Shown: in pieces, positions 9,282 to 16,038 of the stretch
Numbering within the stretch: position 1 is the stretch's first letter
How the letters are laid out: every line of letters begins with the position of its first letter
Source of the DNA: a virus
Lineage: Duplodnaviria > Heunggongvirae > Uroviricota > Caudoviricetes
Virus record (IMG/VR): IMGVR_UViG_2778261693_000003
Length of the DNA: 17,858 nucleotides
Reading direction: 5' to 3' (one strand)
Notes under the pieces: generated by a model
Seen by the model: the letters and a program-made list of their open reading frames with translations, nothing else
Told to the model about the DNA's origin: nothing
Database searches by the model: none
Made by a program: the position numbers and the translations under genes

Positions 9282-10063
9282 GCTGCCACCTTCTGCTCAG
9301 TGGCTTTCTGTTTCAGGAATCCAAGAGCTTTCACTGCTTCGGCCTGTGTCAGTTCTGACGATGCGCGAATGTCGCGGCGAAATATCTGGGAACAGAGCGG
9401 CAATAAGTCGTCATCCCATGTTTTATCCAGGGCAATCAGCAGAGTGTTAATCTCCTGCATGGTTTCATCGTTAACCGGAGTGATGTCGCGTTCCGGCTGA
9501 CGTTCTGCAGTGTATGCGGTATTTTCGACAATGCGCTCGGCTTCATCCTTGTCATAGATACCAGCAAATCCGAAGGCCAGACGGGCACACTGAATCATGG
9601 CTTTATGCCGTAACATCCGTTTGGGATGCGACTGCCACGGTCCGGTGATTTCTCTGCCTTCGCGGGTTTTGAATGGTTCGCGGCGGCATTCATCCATCCA
9701 CTCGGTAACGCAGATCGGATGATTGCGGTCTTTGCGGTAAATCCGGCATGTGCAGGATTCGTTGTCCTGTTCAAAGTCCATGCCGTCAAACTGCTGGTTT
9801 TCGTTGATGATGCGGGACCAGCCATCAACGCCCACCACCGGAACGATGCCGTTCTGCTTATCAGGGAAGGCGTAAATTTCTTTCGTCCACGGATTAAGAC
9901 CGTACTGGTTGGCGACGATCAGCAATGCGATGAACTGCGCATCGCTGGCATCACCTTTAAATGCCGTCTGGCGAAGAGTGGTGATCAGTTCCTGTGGGTC
10001 GACAGAATCCATGCCGACTCGTTCAGCCAGCTTCCCAGCCAGCGTTGCGAGTGCTGTACTCAT
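9278..10063 (-). CDS. bet: Lambda-type single-strand annealing protein (Red beta, RecT family), 261 aa
   Basis: Translation [66 protein letters not shown]... matches my memory of lambda Bet. Confidence 0.92.
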
Positions 10064-10068
10064 CCGTT

Positions 10069-10365
10069 TTATACCTCTGAATCAATATCAACCTGGTGGT
10101 GAGCAATGGTTTCAACCATGTACCGGATGTGTTCCGCCATGCGCTCCTGAAACTCAACATCGTCATCAAATGCACGGGTAATGGCTTTTTTGCTGGCCCC
10201 GTGGCGTTGCAAATGATCGATGCATAGCGATTCAAACAGGTGCTGGGGCAGGCCTTTTTCCATGTCGTCTGCCAGTTCTGCCTCTTTCTCTTCACGGGCG
10301 ATCTGCTGGTAGTGACGCGCCCAGCTCTGAGCCTCAAGACGATCCTGAATGTAATAAGCGTTCAT
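10069..10365 (-). CDS. gam: RecBCD inhibitor Gam, short (98-aa GamS-type) form
   Basis: Translation [60 protein letters not shown]... matches lambda Gam. The frame hits a stop 19 codons upstream of this ATG, so a longer N-terminally extended form is not encoded. Confidence 0.88.
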   Translation of the reverse strand: MNAYYIQDRLEAQSWARHYQQIAREEKEAELADDMEKGLPQHLFESLCIDHLQRHGASKKAITRAFDDDVEFQERMAEHIRYMVETIAHHQVDIDSEV

Positions 10366-10440
10366 GGCTGAACTCCTGAAAATGGCTGTGAAAATATCGC
10401 CCGCGAAATGCCGGGCTGATTAGGAAAACAGGAAAGGGGA

Positions 10441-10731
10441 TTAGTGATTGAGGCCGTTACCGCGTCCGTCGAGAAAAACTTCCACGAGCAAATCACGGGT
10501 ATAAGTGCGCTCGATGCCGCGATGCAGATAAAGCCGTCCGCGTAAATTAGCTGATGCAGTCCAGGTACCATCTTTGTGTTTGACCAGCATGCCTGGCATG
10601 ACCGCACCGCGATTAACGGTCTGCGTTCCGTAATGTTGATGAACCATAAAAACTCCTGCCCGTAAGCTGGGCTGCTGAACATATAGAGACTTCTGCGCGT
10701 ATTCAGGCGGTGGATGGCCGCCGGTTGTCAT
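10441..10731 (-). CDS. Hypothetical protein at the lambda kil position (96 aa; alternative start at 10647 gives 68 aa)
   Basis: First ORF downstream of pL on the leftward strand, ending 76 nt before gam. ATG at 10731 has GAGG 10 nt upstream; ATG at 10647 has AGGAG 5 nt upstream. Sequence is unrelated to lambda Kil as I remember it. Confidence 0.5.
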   Translation of the reverse strand: MTTGGHPPPEYAQKSLYVQQPSLRAGVFMVHQHYGTQTVNRGAVMPGMLVKHKDGTWTASANLRGRLYLHRGIERTYTRDLLVEVFLDGRGNGLNH

Positions 10732-10868
10732 AACTAAGCCGCCTCGTTGAAGCGACTGAGGTATAAAGTGTTGTGTTGATTTCAGCTGGTCACACCGACG
10801 TTCACGCGTCCGTTTCACCCCTCGCACTCCCCGAAGCCTGCTGAAATTCAAACTGCGGATCTAAGCGG

Positions 10869-10920
10869 TCATCGCAACGGTGAAACAGGTGGTTATCGTA
10901 TCGTTGTGTCGTTGCGATGA
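10869..10920 (-). promoter_or_regulatory. Perfect 11-bp inverted repeat (TCATCGCAACG / CGTTGCGATGA) with a 30-nt loop, in the pL leader
   Basis: Read directly from the sequence. Lies just downstream of the putative pL -10 on the leftward transcript; no U-tract follows, so it is not an intrinsic terminator. Confidence 0.5.
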
Positions 10921-10924
10921 ATTT

Positions 10925-10990
10925 ATTTAAAACTATAGTTGTTTTATCGTCAACAACAAAAGTTGTTTTATCGGTTGTTTTTAATATAAC
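10925..10990 (-). promoter_or_regulatory. Putative OL/pL: leftward promoter with an array of GTTGTT/AACAAC operator half-sites
   Basis: Minus strand reads TTGACG, 17 nt, TTAAAT, embedded in repeated AAAACAAC/GTTGTT motifs. A near-identical promoter-operator segment occurs at OR (12469-12504). Confidence 0.55.
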
Positions 10991-11090
10991 TGGTTGTATT
11001 TAGGATGGATTTATTTTGTGACTTGCATCGCATAGCGATAACTGAAGTGAGGTGTGGTGGTTTTTTGGACGGTATGAGTTATGAGGGGGA

Positions 11091-11119
11091 GGAAAAGAAA
11101 ACCCGGCGCGGTTGCCGGG
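11091..11119 (-). terminator. Rho-independent terminator downstream of the lipoprotein gene (minus strand)
   Basis: Minus strand: stem CCCGGC / loop AACCGC / stem GCCGGG followed by TTTTCTTTTCC, 9 nt after the stop codon. Confidence 0.7.
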
Positions 11120-11127
11120 TATGATTA

Positions 11128-11508
11128 TCAGTCAGCCCAACCTGATTTCGAGTTTATTTGGGTTTCTGACATTGTGTATTTCTTAATCGTGTCATCGTTA
11201 AAAAGAATAGTAAGTTCTTTTTTCGTACCGTTCGTTCCATTATGGAATAATCCATAGAATGGAATAAAAGTGGTGCCATTCACTTTTACTTTTGCAAAGG
11301 CGTACTTCCAGATCTCGTTTCCACTGTCAGTATATGAAACAGCATCAGGAGAACCAAAGTAAGATTTAACCTCATTCTTGGTTGTTTTACCTTCCTGAAG
11401 TTTAGACTGGACACTAATTTCAGTTTCATTTTTGAGTTGCTGGTTGTCTGAAGAAGCACACCCAGCCAATACAGATGCCATCATGGCAGCGATTAGGATT
11501 TTTCTCAT
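11128..11508 (-). CDS. Lipoprotein (lipobox LAGC), 126 aa, at the rexAB/sieB position of the immunity region
   Basis: Signal peptide MRKILIAAMMASVLAGC with a lipobox cysteine. AT-rich gene with a TATAAT hexamer about 15 nt upstream of the ATG and its own terminator. Mature part loosely resembles small BamE/SmpA-OmlA-like lipoproteins. Confidence 0.8.
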   Translation of the reverse strand: MRKILIAAMMASVLAGCASSDNQQLKNETEISVQSKLQEGKTTKNEVKSYFGSPDAVSYTDSGNEIWKYAFAKVKVNGTTFIPFYGLFHNGTNGTKKELTILFNDDTIKKYTMSETQINSKSGWAD

Positions 11509-11737
11509 TTTATGTTTCTATTCATTATAATCAGAAACATCTTAACATAATGATTCGAAATAAAAACCGCTACGAGATAGGGGGACATTTTGCTGACAGT
11601 AGCAACAAATCTCAGCTAACAACGAGAATATTTACTGAAATATGCAAACAGATTTGGCGTTCTTATAGAGAATTTAGTGCAATATCTAATCCGAGTGGTA
11701 TAAACCTTAACCTTCGCTCCCTTAAGTCGTAGATAAA

Positions 11738-12427
11738 TTAACCATGCTTCCTGTACGTCTGCGGCATGCTTCCAATGACCTTACCGAATATGAACACCCG
11801 GTTCATCTCGTCTTTCTCGATCGGGTCCCACGGCGAGTAGCTCTTGTTATCAGAGATAACCAGCAGCTTATCCTTCATCATTTGAAGACGTTTTACATGG
11901 GCAGTGTCGTCGTACAGAAACGCATAGATGCCATCACCGTCGAAAGATTTAACAGTGATATCAACGAACAGCAGGTCACCTGGTTCGATCGTCCCTGACA
12001 TGCTGTCACCTCGCACGTTAATGATGCGGATATTTTCCGCCTTCCTGCCATCGAACATGTGACGAGCATCGTCAAACGAGTACTCAACCGAGCGTAGAAC
12101 TTCTACAAACTCACGGTTGATTACACCTGGCCCGGCACTGACTTCTATATCAAGAACGTCAATTTTGAAGTATTTGGAATGGCTGACAGTTGATTGTATT
12201 GGTTGCACTGTACTGTCTGACATATTTCCAACGCCAGAAGATAACCATTCTGCGCGTACACCCAAAGCGTTCGCGATCTCCACGATTTTAGTTGTTTGGT
12301 TAGCTTTCCCTGTTTCGATTTTCTGAATAGCAGCCTGGCTAACCCCGACCAAATCCCCAAGCGCCTTTTGTGTAAGGCCTCGCGCTAATCTGGCTTCTTT
12401 AAGTCTTTCTGAGAGTGTTGTTTTCAT
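11738..12427 (-). CDS. cI: cI-type prophage repressor (N-terminal HTH, C-terminal S24 LexA-like peptidase), 229 aa
   Basis: HTH segment LTQKALGDLVGVSQAAIQKIETG, C-terminal autocleavage-domain motifs (VRGDSMSGTIEPGDLLFVD, catalytic Lys in HVKRL). Divergent from cro across an operator region. Confidence 0.88.
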   Translation of the reverse strand: MKTTLSERLKEARLARGLTQKALGDLVGVSQAAIQKIETGKANQTTKIVEIANALGVRAEWLSSGVGNMSDSTVQPIQSTVSHSKYFKIDVLDIEVSAGPGVINREFVEVLRSVEYSFDDARHMFDGRKAENIRIINVRGDSMSGTIEPGDLLFVDITVKSFDGDGIYAFLYDDTAHVKRLQMMKDKLLVISDNKSYSPWDPIEKDEMNRVFIFGKVIGSMPQTYRKHG

Positions 12428-12531
12428 AGATCAAATGTACAACCAAGGTTTTATTTCATCAAACGAAAATGGTTGTTGACTAAAAACAACCATAGTTTTA
12501 ATCTTGATTCGGATTAACCGCGGAGGTTGTT
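12428..12531. promoter_or_regulatory. Putative OR with divergent promoters PRM (leftward, cI) and PR (rightward, cro)
   Basis: 25-bp palindrome ATGGTTGTTGACTAAAAACAACCAT at 12469-12493 overlaps a TTGACT -35 hexamer for PR. On the minus strand, TTGATG, 17 nt, TACATT sits 6 nt from the cI ATG, which has no SD sequence. Confidence 0.55.
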
Positions 12532-12762
12532 ATGAACCCAGCAATCAAAACAGCGATCAATATCGTTGGTTCACAAAAGAAACTAGGCGATGCCTGCGAA
12601 GTTTCACAGCAGGCCGTCTATAAGTGGCTTCACAACAAAGCAAAGGTATCCCCTGAACATGTCGGCAGCATTGTTACGGCTACTGGTGGAGTTGTGAAGG
12701 CATACCAGATTCGCCCGGATCTTCCGAAGTTGTTTCCACACACCGAAAAGAACGCAGCTTAA
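12532..12762 (+). CDS. cro: Cro-like HTH regulator, 76 aa
   Basis: GGAGG 6 nt upstream of the ATG. Small HTH protein (GSQKKLGDACEVSQQAVYKWL) divergent from cI. Confidence 0.75.
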   Translation: MNPAIKTAINIVGSQKKLGDACEVSQQAVYKWLHNKAKVSPEHVGSIVTATGGVVKAYQIRPDLPKLFPHTEKNAA

Positions 12763-12774
12763 ATTTCCATTTCA

Positions 12775-12787
12775 CGCTCTTTAACAA
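12775..12787 (+). promoter_or_regulatory. boxA-like element CGCTCTTTAACAA
   Basis: Matches the antitermination boxA consensus (GCTCTTTAACAA) and sits at the nutR position just after cro. No convincing boxB hairpin follows. Confidence 0.4.
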
Positions 12788-12831
12788 TAAGCAATCAACT
12801 TAACAGTCAATTCAAACTAAAGGAGTCAATT

Positions 12832-13371
12832 ATGCAACCACTTACATACCAACAGACTAGCGAATTTATTCCGACTGCGGTGATAAATCGTTCTCAAACA
12901 AAACAAGCTCCAGGCCACGAAAAAATCCGTGATGCCGTCCGCGCCTGGTCGGCTGTAGATAATCAGGATGTCGTTGCCGCACTCATTGTGAATGAGTATC
13001 GGGAGCAGGGCGACGGCACCATCGATTTCCCTGATGATGTCAGCCGTGCACGCCAGAAGCTGTTCCGCTTCCTCGATAACAAATTCGATTCTGAAAAATA
13101 CCGAAATAACGTGCGTGAACTGACCCCGGCAATTCTGGCGGTACTACCGCTGGAATATCGCGGTTACCTGGTTGAGCAGGATAGCTTCATGACTCGGTTG
13201 GCTGAAATGGAAAAGGAACTCAGTGAGGCAAAACAGGCTGTCATTCTCAACGCACCACGCCACCAGAAACTGAAGGAAATGAGTGAAGGTATTGTGTCGA
13301 TGTTTCGTGTGGACCCGGATCTGGCTGGTCCATTAATGGCGATGGTGACCACCATGCTGGGGGCAATATGA
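12832..13371 (+). CDS. cII-position regulatory protein, possibly YdaT-family, 179 aa
   Basis: AAGGAG 6 nt upstream of the ATG. Occupies the cII position between cro and O. The YdaT-like assignment rests on a remembered motif (LTPAILAVLPLEYRGYL) and is tentative. Confidence 0.6.
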   Translation: MQPLTYQQTSEFIPTAVINRSQTKQAPGHEKIRDAVRAWSAVDNQDVVAALIVNEYREQGDGTIDFPDDVSRARQKLFRFLDNKFDSEKYRNNVRELTPAILAVLPLEYRGYLVEQDSFMTRLAEMEKELSEAKQAVILNAPRHQKLKEMSEGIVSMFRVDPDLAGPLMAMVTTMLGAI

Positions 13372-13457
13372 CAGGTTCAGAAATGGCGAAAGTCGGTCTG
13401 CGGGAACAGAACCGACTTTCAGGTGCAAATCGTAACACACTCATTGCGGGAGGAATT

Positions 13458-14387
13458 ATGGCAAACACTGCTGAGATATTCAATTTTCCAGTGCCGGATG
13501 CGGCACAAAAGGAGCCGCGCGTGGCAGATCTCGATGATGGTTATACGCGCATTGCAAATGAGTTGCTGGAAGCTGTGATGCTGGCCGGATTAACACAGCA
13601 CCAGCTTCTGGTCTTCCTGGCTGTCATGCGCAAAACATATGGCTTTAATAAAAGACTGGATTGGGTGAGCAACGAGCAACTTTCCGAATTGACCGGGATA
13701 TTGCCGCACAAGTGTTCTGCTGCAAAAAGCGTTCTGGTAAAGCGTGGGATTCTTATTCAGAGCGGGCGAAATATCGGCATTAATAATGTGGTCAGTGAAT
13801 GGTCAACATTACCCGAATCAGGTAAGAAAAATAAAGTTTACCTGAAAGAGGTAAATTTACCTGAATCAGGTAAGAAAAGTTTACCCAAATCAGGTAAAGG
13901 CGTTTACCCGAATCAGGTAAACACAAAAGACAAACTAACAAAAGACAATATAAAACCTTTTTCGTCCGAGAATTCTGGCGAATCCTCTGACCAGCCAGAA
14001 AACGACCTTCCTGTGGTGAAACCGGATGCTGCAATTCAGAGTGGCAGCAAGTGGGGGACAGCAGAAGACCTGACCGCCGCAGAGTGGATGTTTGACATGG
14101 TGAAGACCATCGCGCCATCAGCCAGAAAACCGAATTTTGCAGGGTGGGCTAACGATATCCGCCTGATGCGTGAACGTGACGGACGTAACCACCGCGACAT
14201 GTGCGTGCTGTTCCGCTGGGCATGCCAGGACAACTTCTGGTCCGGTAACGTGCTGAGTCCGGCCAAACTCCGCGACAAGTGGACCCAGCTCGAAATCAAC
14301 CGAAACAAGCAACAGGCTGGCGTGACAGCCGGCAAACCAAAACTCGACCTGACGAACACTGACTGGATTTACGGGGTGGATTTATGA
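13458..14387 (+). CDS. O: Replication initiator O: N-terminal iteron-binding domain of non-lambda specificity, C-terminal domain lambda-type
   Basis: GGGAGG precedes the ATG at 13458; N-terminus MANTAEIFNFPV...VADLDDGYTRIANELLEAV aligns with lambda O. The C-terminal about 110 aa match my memory of lambda O. The ORF frame stays open upstream to an ATG at 13368. Confidence 0.88.
   Translation: MANTAEIFNFPVPDAAQKEPRVADLDDGYTRIANELLEAVMLAGLTQHQLLVFLAVMRKTYGFNKRLDWVSNEQLSELTGILPHKCSAAKSVLVKRGILIQSGRNIGINNVVSEWSTLPESGKKNKVYLKEVNLPESGKKSLPKSGKGVYPNQVNTKDKLTKDNIKPFSSENSGESSDQPENDLPVVKPDAAIQSGSKWGTAEDLTAAEWMFDMVKTIAPSARKPNFAGWANDIRLMRERDGRNHRDMCVLFRWACQDNFWSGNVLSPAKLRDKWTQLEINRNKQQAGVTAGKPKLDLTNTDWIYGVDL
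13807..13965. repeat. Replication origin inside O: four to five 23-bp-spaced palindromic iterons plus an A-rich tract
   Basis: Iteron cores TACCCGAATCAGGTAA (13810), TACCTGAATCAGGTAA (13859), TACCCAAATCAGGTAA (13882), TACCCGAATCAGGTAA (13905) and a degenerate copy near 13836, followed by the A-rich 13921-13965. Confidence 0.8.
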
Positions 14388-15085
14388 AAAACATCGCCGC
14401 ACAGATGGTTAACTTTGACCGTGAGCAGATGCGCCGGATCGCCAACAATATGCCGGAACAGTACGACGAAAAGCCGCAGGTACAGCAGGTAGCGCAGATC
14501 ATCAACGGTGTGTTCAGCCAGTTACTGGCAACTTTCCCGGCGAGCCTGGCTAACCGTGACCAGAATGAACTGAACGAAATCCGCCGCCAGTGGGTTCTGG
14601 CTTTCCGGGAAAACGGGATCACCACAATGGAACAGGTTAACGCTGGAATGCGCGTAGCCCGTCGGCAGAATCGACCATTCCTGCCATCACCCGGGCAGTT
14701 TGTCGCCTGGTGCCGGGAAGAAGCATCTGTTAACGCCGGGCTGCCAAACGTCAGCGAGCTGGTTGATATGGTTTACGAGTATTGCCGGAAGCGTGGCCTG
14801 TATCCGGATGCAGAGTCTTATCCGTGGAAATCGAACGCGCATTACTGGTTGGTTACCAACTTGTACCAGAACATGCGGGCCAATGCGCTGGCTGACGCGG
14901 AATTACGGCGCAAGGCTGCCGATGAACTGACCTGTATGACAGCGCGAATTAACCGTGGTGAGACGATACCTGAACCAGTAAAACAACTTCCTGTTATGGG
15001 CGGTAGACCTCTAAATCGTGCACAGGCTCTGGCGAAGATCGCAGAAATTAAAGCTAAGTTCGGACTGAAAGGAGCAAGTGTATGA
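14384..15085 (+). CDS. P: Replication protein P (DnaB helicase loader), 233 aa
   Basis: Translation MKNIAAQMVNFDREQMRRIANNMPEQYDEKPQVQQVAQIINGVFSQLLATF... matches lambda P along its length. ATGA overlap with the O stop. Confidence 0.92.
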   Translation: MKNIAAQMVNFDREQMRRIANNMPEQYDEKPQVQQVAQIINGVFSQLLATFPASLANRDQNELNEIRRQWVLAFRENGITTMEQVNAGMRVARRQNRPFLPSPGQFVAWCREEASVNAGLPNVSELVDMVYEYCRKRGLYPDAESYPWKSNAHYWLVTNLYQNMRANALADAELRRKAADELTCMTARINRGETIPEPVKQLPVMGGRPLNRAQALAKIAEIKAKFGLKGASV

Positions 15086-15384
15086 CGGGCAAAGAGGCAA
15101 TTATTCATTACCTGGGGACGCATAAGAGCTTCTGTGCACAGGACGTTGCCGCGGTAACAGGCGCAACCGTAACCAGCATAAATCAGGCTGCGGCTAAAAT
15201 GGCGCGGGCAGGAATCCTGGTCGTTGATGGTAAGGTCTGGCGAACGGTGTATTACCGGTTCGCTACCAGAGAAGAACGGGAAGGAAAGGTGAGCACGAAT
15301 CTGATTTTTAAGGAGTGTCGCCAGAGTGCCGCGATGAAACGGGTATTGAGGGTATATAAAAGAACATCAATGGGAACACAATGA
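15082..15384 (+). CDS. ren: Ren protein, 100 aa
   Basis: Translation MTGKEAIIHYLGTHKSFCAQDVAAVTGATVTSINQAAAKMARAGILVVDGKVWRTVYYRFATREEREGK resembles lambda/DLP12 Ren. ATGA overlap with the P stop. Confidence 0.85.
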   Translation: MTGKEAIIHYLGTHKSFCAQDVAAVTGATVTSINQAAAKMARAGILVVDGKVWRTVYYRFATREEREGKVSTNLIFKECRQSAAMKRVLRVYKRTSMGTQ

Positions 15385-15451
15385 TGAAACAGGTGAGTTG
15401 AGTTCAAACTGTAGTACAATTCTCTCCAGTTTGAACAGGAAAGAATATGCT

Positions 15452-15784
15452 ATGAACCCTTATATTTATCTTGGTGGTGCAATACTTGCAGAGGTCATTG
15501 GTACAACCTTAATGAAGTTTTCAGAAGGTTTTACACGGTTATGGCCATCTGTTGGTACAATTATTTGTTATTGTGCATCATTCTGGTTATTAGCTCAGAC
15601 GCTGGCTTATATTCCTACAGGGATTGCTTATGCTATCTGGTCAGGAGTCGGTATTGTCCTGATTAGCTTACTGTCATGGGGATTTTTCGGCCAACGGCTG
15701 GACCTGCCAGCCATTATAGGCATGATGTTGATTTGTGCCGGTGTGTTGATTATTAATTTATTGTCACGAAGCACACCACATTAA
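15452..15784 (+). CDS. emrE: Small multidrug resistance (SMR) efflux transporter, 110 aa
   Basis: Translation MNPYIYLGGAILAEVIGTTLMKFSEGFTRLWPSVGTIICYCASFWLLAQTLAYIPTGIAYAIWSGVGIVLISLLSWGFFGQRLDLPAIIGMMLICAGVLIINLLSRSTPH is a four-helix SMR protein with the conserved Glu in TM1; matches my memory of EmrE. Confidence 0.92.
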   Translation: MNPYIYLGGAILAEVIGTTLMKFSEGFTRLWPSVGTIICYCASFWLLAQTLAYIPTGIAYAIWSGVGIVLISLLSWGFFGQRLDLPAIIGMMLICAGVLIINLLSRSTPH

Positions 15785-15814
15785 AATAATTTGTTTCTAA
15801 ACGACTAAAATATG

Positions 15815-15846
15815 GAGGCTCTTATATTTATATGAGCCTCGTTTTA
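15815..15846 (+). terminator. Rho-independent terminator after emrE
   Basis: Stem GAGGCTC (15815-15821), 12-nt loop, stem GAGCCTC (15834-15840), then GTTTTAT. Confidence 0.65.
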
Positions 15847-16038
15847 TGCTTCTTGTTAATGTCTTTATTTTTTATGTATTCTTTTATGCTTTCAAGATTA
15901 TGGCGTAAGAAAATTGCAATACGATTATTGTTGTATATTCAAGATAATGTGACCTTAATTGTCTTTTTAAATAAAAAATAAACAAAAATTATATCCCACC
16001 ACTAAGGTTTATAAAAGCATACGTTAGCAGGTGTCACC

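Noticed and set aside
6120-10181. Plus-strand ORFs inside the prophage left arm (6120-6431, 6182-6436, 6768-6950, 7130-7342, 7347-7718, 8610-8921, 9184-9500, 9626-10102, 9909-10181)
   Set aside because: All are antisense to full-length int, exo, bet and accessory genes on the minus strand, and none has a convincing RBS.
10362-10682. 106-aa minus-strand ORF overlapping the kil-position gene and the gam leader
   Set aside because: It is in an alternative frame of the better-supported kil-position ORF and runs through the gam leader; no RBS found.
10441-10851. 136-aa ORF with an arginine-rich N-terminus (MNFSRLRGVRGVKRTRERR) as an N-like antiterminator
   Set aside because: It needs a TTG start with no Shine-Dalgarno. 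The arginine-rich stretch comes from translating the GC-rich structured leader. The well-supported starts are the internal ATGs at 10731 and 10647.
11475-11732. 85-aa plus-strand ORF between the lipoprotein gene and cI
   Set aside because: It overlaps the lipoprotein start in an AT-rich spacer and has no Shine-Dalgarno. More likely this is a promoter region; small residual chance it is real.
13368-13457. O protein starting at the ATG at 13368 (339 aa)
   Set aside because: Alignment of the N-terminus to lambda O and the strong GGGAGG RBS favour 13458. The upstream ATG is kept as a finding, not as the call.
13807-13921. Regularly spaced short repeats as a possible CRISPR array
   Set aside because: The repeats are palindromic, 23 bp apart without unique spacers, and lie inside the O gene next to an A-rich tract: they are origin iterons. 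No CRISPR array is present in the window.
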